Shown: positions 40,455 through 54,196 of the stretch, piece after piece | Layout of the letters: each line of letters starts with the position of its first letter | Numbering within the stretch: the stretch's first letter is position 1 | Notes under the pieces: model-generated | Database searches by the model: none | What the model was told of the DNA's origin: nothing | The model's input: the letters and a program-made list of their open reading frames with translations, nothing else | Program-made: the position numbers and the translations under genes | Assembly (NCBI GenBank): GCA_964016885.1 | Contig: OZ024751.1 | Location: 22,444,001-22,508,000, forward strand | Reading direction: 5' to 3' | Source: Eledone cirrhosa | Lineage: Eukaryota | DNA length: 64,000 bases

Positions 40455-42120
40455 AATGGTGGTGGTGGTGGTGGTGGTAGTAATGGTGGTGGTGGTGGTG
40501 GCGGTGGTAATGGTGGTGGTGGTGGTGGTGGTAGTAATGGTGGTGGTGGTGGTGGCGGTGGTAATGGTGGTGGTGGTGGTGGTGGTAGTAATGGTGGTGG
40601 TGGTGGTGGTGGTGGTAGTGGTGGTGGTGGTGGTGGTGGTAGTAATGGTGGTGGTGGTGGTGGTAGTAATGGTGGTGGTGGTGGTGGTGGTAGTAATGGT
40701 GGTGGTGGTGGCGGTGGTAGTAATGGTGGTGGTGGTGGTGGTGGTAGTAATGGTGGTGGTGGCGGTGGTGGTGGTAATGGTGGTGGTGGTGGTGGTGGTA
40801 GTAATGGTGGTGGTGGTGGTGGTAGTAATGGTGGTGGTGGTGGTGGTGGTAGTAATGGTGGTGGTGGTGGTGGTGGTGGTAGTAATGGTGGTGGTGGTGG
40901 TGGTGGTGGTAGTAATGGTGGTGGTGGTGGTGGTAGTAATGGTGGTGGTGGTGGTGGTGGTAGTAATGGTGGTGGTGGTGGTGGTGGTGGTAGTAATGGT
41001 GGTGGTGGTGGTGGTGGTGGTAGTAATGGTGGTGGTGGCGGTAGTTACTGATGACGATTTAGTACAAACTAAAACCTAATAATTCTACTTAGATTCTACT
41101 TTGCCTCTTCCTCCTCCTCATCTTTTTCTGCTTAGATACACTTTCTCTTTTTCCCTACCATCTCCATCTCTCTCCCTACCACCTCCCTCTCACTCTTTCT
41201 GCTACCATCTCCCTCTCTCTCTGACCCTGCCATCTCCCTCTCTCACTCACTACTATCTCTCCCTCTCAACCACCTCCCTCTCTCTCAACCACCTCCCTCT
41301 CTCTCTGACCCTGCCATCTCCCTCTCTCACCCTACCATCTCCCTCCCTACCATCTCCCTCTCTCTCTGACCCTGCCGTCTCCCTCTCTCACTCACTACTA
41401 TCTCCCCCTCTCAATCACCTCCCTCTCTCTCTGACCCTGCCATCTCCCTCTCTCACCCTACCATCTCCCTCCCTACCATCTCCCTCCCTACCATCTCCCT
41501 CTCTCACTCCCTTCTCCATTAACTAATTCCCTTTCCTCATTCCTTAGTCTTTGAACCAACGACATTGGTAGATAGTACATTCTAACTTATTTTCCTGTTA
41601 CTCCTCCCCCTTCATCTCCCCACTCCTCCCCTTCTTCTCCACCTTTTTATCCCCTCCTCTTCATCTATTCTCCATCTGTTACTTCCTGCCAATGGCTCAC
41701 ATATGTACATAGTGATGATGATCGTGATGACGGTGGGGACGATGGTGGTAATGACGATGATAGTGGGGGTGATGACGGCGGGGGTAATGATGACGATGAT
41801 GGTGGTGGAGATGACGTTGACGGTGGCGATGACGTTGACGGTGGCGATGACGTTGACGGTGGCGATGACGTTGATGGTGGCGATGACGTTGACGGTGGCG
41901 ATGACGTTGACGGTGGCGATGACGGTGGCGATGACGTTGATGGTGGCGATGACGTTGACGGTGGCGATTACGTTGACGTTGGCGATGACGTTAACGGTGG
42001 CGATGACGTTGACGGTGGCGATGACGTTGACGGTGGCGTGACGTTGACGGTGACGTTCACGGTGGCGATGACGTTCACGGTGGCGATGACGTTGACGGTG
42101 GCGATGACGTTGACGGTTAC
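40455..42120. repeat. (GGT)n tract, CT-rich minisatellite (41140-41520) and 18-bp gatgacgttgacggtggc minisatellite (41810-42118)
   Basis: Direct inspection. Confidence 0.9.
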
Positions 42121-42665
42121 AATGCCGGTGGTGATAATGTTTACGATGATGGTGATAATAATGGTTTTGATTATTGTAATGATCCTGTTTACGATGGTGA
42201 TGATGACGGCGTTTATGATAGTGGTGTTGATGGTAACGATGATGATGAATATGATGATGGTCATGATTGTGACGATGATGTTATATAGCAGCAACGACTC
42301 TAAAAACTCAATTTCTCATTGATACCCATCACCCCCACCCCTTCTCCTCCCCCTCCTCCAACTCCTCCGCTCTACCTCTTCCTTCCTCATCATCTATCTT
42401 TTTTCTTCTAAAATAATATAGCGCAATTTCCATTCTTTGGTTCCTCCTCACCGCGTCTCTTCTCCTATCGAACGATCATCAAAAGGAATGGAGCCGATTC
42501 GCTTTAAGTGGTTTAGAATCACACGAAATGTTCGATATTGGTCAGGTAGTATATTTAGTATGACTTAGTACTTAGAGTGCAACAAACTGAAGAAATGTAG
42601 TTTACATTGACATACATCCCACGTTCAATCCACAGATATTCTCGTTTAAACTTCAGATTTGATAT

Positions 42666-42703
<38 letters not shown>

Positions 42704-42706
<3 letters not shown>

Positions 42707-42829
42707 GGAAAATGTTCAGGACCCCAAGCGGCGGGTCCTGAACATTTTCCTATTACCCACTCTACTACCCTAAGTATTGAGTACTCTGGTGCGTTATGGT
42801 CTACCTGGTTCCTTACCACACTTCCTTCG

Positions 42830-42898
<69 letters not shown>

Positions 42899-43004
42899 AA
42901 CGAGTAGGACCCCGACGGCTGTTCCTATTACCCACTCTACTACCCTAAGTATTGAGTACTTTGGTGCGTTATGGTCTACCTGGTTCCTTACCACACTTCC
43001 TTCG

Positions 43005-43005
<1 letters not shown>
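42704..43005 (+). mobile_element. Two tandem copies of the (TA)n-embedded hairpin element (family HP)
   Basis: 5' hairpin ggaaaatgttcaggaccc/gggtcctgaacattttcc plus body cctattacccactctactaccctaagtattgagtact...ccttcgt(TA)n. Confidence 0.85.
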
Positions 43006-43071
<66 letters not shown>

Positions 43072-43111
43072 GAATCATGCATATGTGTGTGTGTGTTTGT
43101 GCATAGAACAA

Positions 43112-43240
43112 TTTAGGTTCCTGATTTAGGTACAAGACCAACAATTTTGAGGAGAGGGGAAAGTCGATTAAATCGACACCAGGGCGTTACTGGTACTTTA
43201 TCTTATCGACCCTGTAAGGATGAAAGGCAAAGCTAACCTG
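43112..43240 (-). mobile_element. SINE family 1 (long type), truncated
   Basis: Reverse-complement match. Confidence 0.8.
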
Positions 43241-44084
43241 GTGAAATATGGTTATATTACACCAGGGAGCAGAGTGGCGAAGCAAAATAAATAAAAAAAA
43301 CCCATGGAAATTGGAAAAGTGCTTGAGTACTGGAACAAAATGTCAAAGAATACTTTACTTCTTTATTGAGCATTCTACATTAAAACAATCAAGGTCAACG
43401 GTCAAACTTGGCTGCTTTCATCTCTTCCATGATTTTAATATAATAAGTACAAGCCCTATATAGGATTCCATTCTGTTGACGAAAGAGCCCTTCCCATATT
43501 TGTTTGGCAATGTGTCAAAAGTAAGAAATCCTATAATGGTGACCTTAATGTCAATAACTAAAGTTCTCTGTTTGCTTCAGATTGTTTTCAAGGGATTCTG
43601 AATGTTAAGGGCCAAATTATCTCCCTTTTGAATTTGTTTTTCTTCATTGAGACCGTAAAACACAAAGTATATTCATTTCATATTTTCAAAATAAGTTTAT
43701 AATATCAGAGATAAAATAAAGGGATAAAAGCCGAAAAAAAAAAAGAGAAAGAAGGTGCTGGTGGGTGTAATGAAAGGTCTCTAGTTGACTTTATGAAAGA
43801 AACGTTTGCAGAGAAAGTATTTCAAACGGTGGCTTAGACTGTGACCATGCTAACCTATAATTTGTTCTCCCCGTTGCGAAAAATGTTAAAAGCAAAGATA
43901 AAAAGACGTGATATTAGTAAATCTTTCGAACGTTCTCTTTGACAAAGAACTTCATACATAATTGAATATTAATATTAATATAGTGATATTTCCTCTGAAC
44001 AGATAACTTTAAAACAGCTGTTATATAAAGGGGTAAGTGAGTACGAGCTGTTTGACTGCTGATATTATTCTCAGATAATAAGCT

Positions 44085-44300
44085 AAGAATTTTGGTTTCA
44101 ATTCCGTCAAGACCTCAGGCGTACTCGGACCCCATACTGTCGAGCTCTTCCGCAAGACTGGAATGTTGGCAACCAGCCTGAGGAAGGAGCCTCGCGTGGT
44201 AGGGTGAATGTTACAGCGGGTGTCGTTGACCATTGTCCGCAGAAATGCTTTTGTGCCCTTCCCTTCAGGGCGCAGCCCTAACATCGCCGCACTCTAGGCC
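44085..44300 (+). mobile_element. Second, more diverged CRE-type LINE 3' fragment
   Basis: Frame reads SVKTSGVLGPHTVELFRKTGMLATSLRKEPRVVG*MLQRVSLTIVRRNAF, co-linear with the 10455-10835 peptide. Confidence 0.7.
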
Positions 44301-44318
44301 TAGAGCCCATCACCATCC

Positions 44319-44589
44319 CATGTGGCCTAGTGGTAAGGGCGTTGGACTAACGATCATAACTTCCTGGGTTCGATTCCTGGATTGCGTGTTGTGTTCTTGA
44401 GCAAAACACTTCATTTCACGTTGCTCCAGTATACTCAGCTGAAAATGAGTACCAGCTATACCTGGGGGTTCAACCCTGCGATGGACTGGCGTCATGCCCA
44501 GGAAGGGGTCTTGTACTTTCAGTCGCTTCACGCCATGAAACCGGGATAAGCACCGACCAAATGAGCCTTCTGGCCTACGATAGACTTTA
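44319..44589 (+). mobile_element. SINE family 2, full length (tRNA head plus conserved central domain of the Meta/V/CORE-SINE superfamily type)
   Basis: A box tggcctagtgg, B box gggttcgattcc, central gttgtgttcttgagcaaaacacttcatttcacgttgctccag, 3' aaccctgcgatggactggcg...gaaaccgggataagc...agacttta. Confidence 0.85.
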
Positions 44590-45069
44590 GACATATATAT
44601 ACATATTTAATGGTTCAAAGAACCCAGCCAGTATCGATGAGATACGGGGTTCGATTCCTCAGAGCTGCCGATGGCAAATAGTTTTTTTTCCATTTTTAAG
44701 AGTCTTCACACTATTTTAGAAGCTCTTTTGTAGCATCTCCACGCATGAGCTCACCACTCTTTATAATACCCCCCCACACACACACGCACACAAACGTGTG
44801 TGTGTGTGTGTGTGTGCGTGCGTGCGTGTGTGAGTGCGTGTGTGTGTAGCCAATGCTACTGCGTCATACGTTGAAGTGCTCAGGGTACGAAGGAAGTGGG
44901 ACTTTCCTTAGTTAAGCCTTATTGGTGTAGGTCTGGATACACATCATATGATTAAGTAATCGAGGGCAACTTTTTTTTTTACTGTCTTTAAGGGCGTTCG
45001 CCCAATTTTGTAATCTATTTTATAGCATCTCCGCGCATGAGCACACCACATACACACACACTCTCATTT

Positions 45070-45121
45070 ATGTAAATATACGTATGTGTATATATAAATA
45101 TATATATATATACGTGTGTAT

Positions 45122-45212
<91 letters not shown>

Positions 45213-45459
45213 ATGTGTGTGTGTATGTGCGGTGGCAGAATCATAAATGCATGGAAAATACATAAACAGTAAATCTAAGATCACTTCCAGGTTTATAGAT
45301 TTGAATTTCATTGGCATTTATATTTAAAGAGAAAATTAACATTTATCAATATTTTAACTGAATAAATATATAAATCAAATAGATTATTTAGATAAACGAC
45401 CTCAAAATAGAATTACACAATTTAATAGAGTAATACTGTATATGTGTTTATATATACAG

Positions 45460-45495
<36 letters not shown>

Positions 45496-45558
45496 TATAT
45501 ACACACACATACATACGTACATGAATATATACATAAATTATACAATATATATTTGACG

Positions 45559-45589
<31 letters not shown>

Positions 45590-45617
45590 TATATTCATAT
45601 ATATCTACACACATGGC

Positions 45618-45661
<44 letters not shown>

Positions 45662-45748
45662 GTACAAGCATATATACGTAAATTACACAATATATATTTG
45701 ACGATATTCATGTATGTATATATGTCTACACAAACACGCACACACACA

Positions 45749-45833
<85 letters not shown>

Positions 45834-46599
45834 ATATACATATATACAGCAGTAAAACGAAAATGAAACTAGAACTAATAAGTAATATATATTCGGCAAG
45901 TTTACATTTGGATGAGCGAAGGGAAATTTGAGGTTCATTGGAAGGCGACAAGAAACCACTACTCCACCCGCAGCACGGCACGCTAATATATTTCGTAAAC
46001 TGCAGATGAATTCCATGATGAAGACAGTAGCAGACTCAGAGGAATCCTTCCAATTTTTTCCTCTTTTCCTTTCCTTTTAAATTAGATGGTGAAACAGAGA
46101 AAAAATGAAAAAAAAAAAAAAAACTCAGAAAACAACCAAAAATTGCCCCTACTCGACCGCAGAAACATAACTCATAAACTTGATATAAAATCCACGAGCA
46201 ATATCGTAGGAGAGCTGGTGTAATTGTGGTAGATTAAAAGGAAATATAGTTCATGGTGTTACCGAGCAATATAATAGGGTTAAAGGGAGAATTATGGCGG
46301 ACATATTCACATATCAATATGGAACTTGTGGAACTTGTGGATAAAACATACATTTTATGTTGATATAACCTCAACATTTTGATATATATATATAGGATGA
46401 ACTGTAAATAAGGGGTCTTCTCAATTTATAGTCTGAATTGCTATAGAATAAGTATTTGGAAATATATATGTATGTATGTATGTATATAATATATATATAT
46501 ATACTTATATATACTCACACACATATGTATATACGTATACAAACACCCTCCTACATATATAGATGCACACACATACACATAAAATATATATATATATAT

Positions 46600-46643
<44 letters not shown>

Positions 46644-46946
46644 ATGCACTTATACATATATGCACATATACATATATACGCATGCATATATATACTTATA
46701 TATATATACATACATATGCACATATACATATATACGCATATATATATATATGCACATATACACGCATTCATATATATACTTATATATATATATATATATG
46801 CACATATACACGCATACATATATATACTTATATATATATATATATATACATATGCACATATACATATATACGCATACATATATATACTTATATATATATA
46901 TATATATGTACACACACACATACATATGGACCTATACATATATACT

Positions 46947-47001
<55 letters not shown>

Positions 47002-47020
47002 GCACATATACATATATACG

Positions 47021-47094
<74 letters not shown>

Positions 47095-47156
47095 CATACA
47101 TATGCACATATATACGTATACATATATATATATATATATATACATACATATACACG

Positions 47157-47187
<31 letters not shown>

Positions 47188-47347
47188 ATACACATACATA
47201 CATATACATATATACGTATACATATATATATATATATATACATACACATACATACACATATATACGTATACATACATATACATATATACGTATACATACA
47301 TATACATATATACGTATACATACATATACATATATACGTATACATAC

Positions 47348-47381
<34 letters not shown>

Positions 47382-47435
47382 ATATATATATATATACTTA
47401 AATTCACACACAGATATATGTCCGTGAAACTATGC

Positions 47436-47510
<75 letters not shown>
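45070..47510. repeat. (TG)n and (TA)n/(CATA)n mosaic with a unique island at about 45850-46450
   Basis: Direct inspection. Confidence 0.88.
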
Positions 47511-47513
<3 letters not shown>

Positions 47514-47549
47514 CACAAACAGACACGGATGTGCGTGACTATATGTGCT

Positions 47550-47768
47550 TCTAAGGAAATCAAAAATTATATTACACACAACAAGATCTTTGCTTTCTTT
47601 CAACGAAACCCCAAGGACGAAAATAATGACTGTGAATCCTTTGCTGTACCAATGGATGGCAATAATTCAGCTGAAACGTGTGACATCATAGGACTCTCCA
47701 TATTGCACAAACGATACTGGAATTTGTGTAACCTGAAACGTGGACTTTATCGAGGTAGCATGCTCGCT
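47550..47768 (+). pseudogene. Decayed Penelope-like reverse transcriptase fragment
   Basis: RSLLSFNET (shifted frame), then [24 protein letters not shown]...GLYRGSML, aligning by eye to the PLE RT pattern FDVTMGSYDGAExCELVGLYILxxL...GLYRDDGL; catalytic DD lost. Confidence 0.7.
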
Positions 47769-47769
47769 C

Positions 47770-47960
47770 ATAACTGTTTCTACTTTTGGCACAAGGCCAG
47801 CAAATACTCAGTACATTACTGGTACTTTATTTTATCGACCCTGTAAAGCTGAAAGGCAAAGTTAACCTCGGCGAGATTTGAACTCAGATCATAAGGGGAC
47901 GTAACTCTTTGCTTCAAAAGCATGGCGTCCGACTCTCTACCGATACTGCCGCCGCCAACC
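47770..47960 (-). mobile_element. SINE family 1 (short type)
   Basis: Reverse-complement match. Confidence 0.88.
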
Positions 47961-48026
47961 ACATCACAAAATATGAACAGACATCCATCCGTTCATATCA
48001 TGACCAGAAATTAATGTACAGCCGCG

Positions 48027-48027
<1 letters not shown>

Positions 48028-48080
<53 letters not shown>

Positions 48081-48431
48081 GCATGTTTATATACATATTC
48101 ATATATATATATATACACATATATATGCATGTTTATATGCATGTATATATATATATATATATATATGCACTCACACATACATATATAATCAGACATACAC
48201 ACACACGCACATATATATATACACACACGCACACACATACACACACACACACACACACGCACACATATATCCACACACATACACACACACACATACATAC
48301 ATACATACATACATACATACGCACACATACAAACACACACACATATAACCACATACAAACACACACACAAACATACATGCACACACATATACACACACAC
48401 ACACACATATATACACACACATACACACACA

Positions 48432-48462
<31 letters not shown>

Positions 48463-48721
48463 GCACACATACAAACACACACACATATAACCACATACAA
48501 ACACACACACAAACATACATGCACACACATATACACACACACACATACACACATATACACACACACATACACACACATACATACATACATACATACATAC
48601 ATACATACGCACACATACAAACACACACACATATAACCACATACAAACACACACACACAAACATACATGCACACACATATACACACACACACACACATAT
48701 ATACACACACATACACACACA

Positions 48722-48752
<31 letters not shown>

Positions 48753-50015
48753 GCACACATACAAACACACACACATATAACCACATACAAACACACACAC
48801 AAACATACATGCACACACATATACACACACACACATACACACATATACACACACACATACACATACATACAAACACACACACACACGCACACACACATAT
48901 ATACATACATATATATATCTCCACACACATACACAATTAAAATATTCCGCCAGCCAGGTGAATCCATTAGTTGTGAGATACCTTTCTCGTCTGTTGTTGT
49001 TCAGATCTGTTTCTGTTTTGTTTGGCAATTAAAAAGGATGTACCAATCATTTGATGAAAAGACATGTCAATCATACGATGACACATGAACTCACTCACAT
49101 ATATACATCATCACATACTTACACACACTCATATATATACACCATCACACACTCCACACACACACTCATATATATATATATACACGATCACACACTCTCA
49201 TATATATATATACACACCATTACACACTCACATATATACACCATCACACTTTACACACACTCACACACACTCACACATATATATACACCATCACACACCC
49301 ACATATATACACCATCACATACTTACACACATATATATATATATATATATATACACCATCACACACTTACACACACATATATACACCATCACACACTCAC
49401 ACACACTCACATATATATATATACCATTACACACCCACATATACACACCATCACATACTTACACACATATATATATATACACCATCACACACTCACATAT
49501 ATACACCATCACACTTTACACACACCCACACACACTCATATATATATATACACCATCACACACCCACATATATACACCATCACATACTTACACATATATA
49601 TATATATATACACACCATCACACACACACACACTCATATACACTCATATACACCATCCACACACATATATATACACCATTACACACTCACATATACACCA
49701 CCACACACTCATATATATATACACCATCACACACTCATATATATACACCATCACACACTCACACACACACATATAAATATATATATACACCATCACACAC
49801 ACACATATATATATATATATATACACCATAACACACTCGCTTATATACACTATAACACACACACACACCATAACTCACGTACACTCATACATCATAATAC
49901 ACACACATATACACACCATAACTCACGCACACTCATAATACATACACACACGATGAAACACACAAACATGCAAAAGTACTCAACATTTATATATATATAT
50001 ATACACACACACACA
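48028..50015. repeat. (CA)/(TA)-based compound minisatellites
   Basis: acatataaccacatacaaac and atatacaccatcacacac units. Confidence 0.9.
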
Positions 50016-50193
50016 GAGAGCAATAGACAGAAAGAAACACAGGAAAAGATTACCTCCCTTCCATACATATCATTCATACCTGATGGAACCCATTCCATGT
50101 CTAACCACAGCCAATTTATTTCAAAGGAAAAAATAGATTTAGATGAGGGGGCTGAGATAGGGGGCGGGGGTAGAAACAGAGTTAGATAGAAGA

Positions 50194-50615
50194 AATAATT
50201 GTTTCTACTTTTGACACAAGGTCAGCAATTATCCCAGTACATTACTGGTACTTTATTTTATCGATCCCGTAAGGATGAAAGGCAAAGTTAACCTCGCCCG
50301 GATTTGAACTCAGATAGAATAAATAATGATTTCTGATTTAGGCACAAGGCCAGCAATTTTTGGGGGAGGGGAAAGTCGATTAAATTGACACCAGTGTGCG
50401 ACTGGTACTTTATTTTACCGACCCCGAAACGATAAAAGACAAAGCTAACTTCGGCAGGATTTGAAATCAGAACGTAAACAGCCGTAACTCTATGCCGCGA
50501 AGCATGGTATCCGACGTTCTGACAGAAGAAATAATGAGGCCACTACTACACTGGCATTTTATTTATCGACGCCAAAATCATAAAATGGAAAGTTGACCTT
50601 ATTGGGATTTCAACA
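50194..50615 (-). mobile_element. SINE family 1 cluster (truncated short 50194-50313; long 50322-50520; relic to 50615)
   Basis: Reverse-complement matches. Confidence 0.85.
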
Positions 50616-50689
50616 AAATTTCAACAAAATTTTCAAATAAAACTATCAAAGAATTCCCCGCCCATTCATGGCAATATTTCTAATGAATA

Positions 50690-50827
50690 ACACTTAATTT
50701 ATTTTGAAAATAATCAAGAATTTGAAGTGAATTAGTAAAATAACTTACTTTCCGATTATTAAATTGGTGTTTGGAACATAACAAAGATTCTTACATAAAC
50801 ATTTAATGGAAGATTTGTAAATATACG

Positions 50828-50870
<43 letters not shown>

Positions 50871-51270
50871 ACTTTAAAACAAACAGTTCTGTATCGTAGA
50901 ATCAGGGGTGTTGATATTAAATATTTAAGTCGGTGTTTCGAACATAACTTACGAAAGGTACTTACCGTATTCTTCCGTGTATTGCACGCATTCGTGCATA
51001 ATTCTTACTACGCCCTTTTGACCAGAAAAATATCTGGAAAATCCTAGTTTTTGTGTATAACATTTAGTTATGGTGTATAACGCGCAGTCCCCTCCCTCCC
51101 AAAAAAGAAATCAAGGAAAAAAGTGAAAATATCTGCGTAGTATACACGGAAAAATACGGTATATATAATTTATAACGGGATTTAAAAAAAATAAACATAA
51201 ACACTAAATATACAGCTTAGTATCAAAGAATGGGGGCGGTTTCGGGTAGTTTGATATCGAAAAAGTTAAG
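50690..51270. mobile_element. Element related to 7990-8590, interrupted by a MITE
   Basis: ggtgtttggaacataa...ttcttacataa units. Confidence 0.55.
50965..51159. mobile_element. pogo-like MITE
   Basis: TIRs ccgtattcttccgtgtat / atacacggaaaaatacgg with TA on both sides. Confidence 0.82.
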
Positions 51271-51494
51271 CAACAGTACTTGCAATCTATGTAAGAATTT
51301 AAGACCCAAAAGCTCACCATATATATATATGAAGCTAACACGTGTTCAGTCTCACCACATAGTATATAGAATTTTACTATAGTATTGGATTATCTGCTTC
51401 CCCGAGAATGAAGTTTACTGAATAGAATTCTAGGAGAGAAATGAAATGGTTTGGCTTACTCTAATTCGAATTCTGATCCAAAATATTTGATAGG

Positions 51495-51806
51495 AATGTG
51501 ATACAGGAAATGAGGTCATATTCACACATGTGATGTGTTGGTTAGCAATGTGACACAGAAAGTGACTGACGTTATACACATATGTGATGGGTTGGTGAGC
51601 AATGTGACACAGGAAGTGACGTTATACACATATGTGATGTGTCGGTTAGCAATGTGACACAAGAAGTGACGTTATACACATATGTGATGTGTTGGTTAGC
51701 AATGCGACACAGGAAGTGACGTTATACACATATGTGATGTGTTGGTTAGCAATGTGACACAGGAAGTGAGGTCATATACACATGTGATGTGTTGGCTAGT
51801 AATGTA
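51495..51806. repeat. 50-bp tandem repeat (about 6 copies); related degenerate array at 52260-52520
   Basis: aatgtgacacaggaagtgacgttatacacatatgtgatgtgttggttagc at 51601, 51651, 51701, 51751. Confidence 0.92.
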
Positions 51807-51914
51807 ATTGTGATATTGTGTTCATGAACAGTTCGTGTAATTCATTTGACGACCTGTGTTGAAGTGGTTGTCACACAGTAAAGTCTGTAGACAAATACAA
51901 CCTATCTTCTCTAA

Positions 51915-52101
51915 ATAATTGTTTCTACTTTTGGCACAAGGCCAGCAATTATTCCCAGTGCATTACTGGTACTTTATTTTATCGACCCCGTAAGGATGAA
52001 AGGCAAAGTTAACCTCGGCGGGATTTGAACTCAGACCATAAAGGGCCGTAGCTCTTTGCTGCAAAGCATGGCGCCCGACCCTCTACCGATACTGCCAATT
52101 C
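51915..52101 (-). mobile_element. SINE family 1 (short type), full length
   Basis: Reverse-complement match. Confidence 0.9.
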
Positions 52102-52603
52102 ACGTTATCGAATAAGTTAAGTTAACGTCTGGGATTTTATTCAACAGTTCGATATGTATGGAACTACTCAAGAAGGGCCTTTTGGTTAAGGTGCAGAATT
52201 TACGTTTGATATCTCACTATTTTTACTTCAGTGAAGAAGGAATTGAAGCCATACATACAACTACAGGAAGTGAGGTCACACATGTAGTATATATTGATTA
52301 GCAAAGGCACAGGAAGTCGTGTCATAGACACATCTACAGGAAGTGAGGTCACACACATGGCGTGTGTTGGTTAGCAAAGACACAGGAAGTCATGTCATAG
52401 ATAGATCTAGAGGAAGTGAGGTCACACACATAACGTGTGTTGGTATACAAAGACACCGGAAGTGAGCTCACACACATGGCGTGTATTGGTTAGCAAGGAC
52501 TCAGGAAGTGATGTCACAGACACTTTTGTCTCTTCAGATGTCAACTAACTCTTCTTTCAGTAATTTTTATGAGACGGTGACTGTGTCATGGTTGTACGTC
52601 TAT

Positions 52604-52660
<57 letters not shown>

Positions 52661-53639
52661 TGTGTGTGTGAGTGTATGTGTGTGTGCGCGTGCGTGTGTA
52701 TCTAAGTGTGAGTTTGTTGGTGTGTTAGAATGTGTGTCTCAGTGTCTCTTTCTCTCTGTCGGTCTAAATATGTGTATGCAAGTGGGTGTATGTGTATGTA
52801 TCTGTGTGTGTGTGCCTAAGTCTGTGTGTATGTATGTGTGTCTAAGTCTGTGTGTGTAGGTGTGTTAGAATGTGTGGTTTTGTATGTGTGTTTGTATGTG
52901 TCTAAGTCTGTGTGTTTTTGAGTGTGTATCTACTGTTGTCCCAGGATTTTTGCTGGGCTGATGATTGGTTGATGGTTGGGTTAATAAGCGCGCACACGTA
53001 TAAGTATGAGTGTTTGTATATATGTGTATATATATATGTGTGTATCTGCATGTGTTTTTGTGTGTGATATGTGTGTATGTTATGTAATTGTTTGTTTGTG
53101 TGTGTGTATGTGTGTGTGTGTGTGTGTGTGTCTGTATTTATGTGTGTGTGATTATCTGCATTTCTCGCAGTTAATTTGTGTAGTAGATGGTATTGCGTTG
53201 ATGTAAGTCTGTGTGTGTGAGTATTTATCTTCTACCAGACAATTATTGCGGGTGGGAGCTGCTGGGTACATATGTGTAAGTGTGTGTGTGTTGTGTGTGT
53301 GTGTATGTGCGTGTATAAATATGTGTGTGAGTGTGTAAGTATGTGTGTGTGTAAGGGTAATTGTGTGAATGTGTTATGTGTGTGTAATTATGTGTGATAT
53401 ATCTAAATACGTGTGAGTGTGTGTGAGTGTGTGTGTTTTACGCTAGTTGCAGCAGGTTAGGTTTGGATTAGTGAGAATGCAAAGCTGTGGGTGAGTAATA
53501 TATTGCATACATGTGTCAGTGAGTGTGTATGTGTATGTATGTGTATGTGTGTGTATGTGTGTGCATGTGTGCATGTATATTTAATGTAAGAAACAAAACA
53601 GAGCTGGTTTTCACATTCACATTCCACTTACTTGTATAG

Positions 53640-53707
<68 letters not shown>

Positions 53708-53728
53708 ACTATATATATAATATATTAT

Positions 53729-53786
<58 letters not shown>

Positions 53787-53928
53787 CTTATGTGTGTGCA
53801 AATATATATAGATATATAAACACACAAATATATAATTGAGTGTGTGTGTGTTTGTGTGCACGCGTCACTATATTCCTCACAGGTGAGTTGAAAGCGATAT
53901 AGTTTAATACACACACACACCACGCACA

Positions 53929-54054
<126 letters not shown>

Positions 54055-54092
54055 TACATATATGTATATATACCTATACAAATATATATATA

Positions 54093-54127
<35 letters not shown>

Positions 54128-54164
54128 ATATATATATATATATATACCTATCTATATATCTATC

Positions 54165-54196
<32 letters not shown>

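Noticed and set aside
42587-42620. ctgaaga-aatgt/acatt-gaca hammerhead-like string
   Set aside because: GAAA is broken and no stem I is present.
44321-44385. tRNA gene calls for SINE heads
   Set aside because: A and B boxes are present but there is no complete cloverleaf, and the sequence continues into SINE bodies.
45906-46016. Possible minus-strand first exon (ATG in good context, gtaaac donor)
   Set aside because: Weak donor, no signal peptide and no further support.
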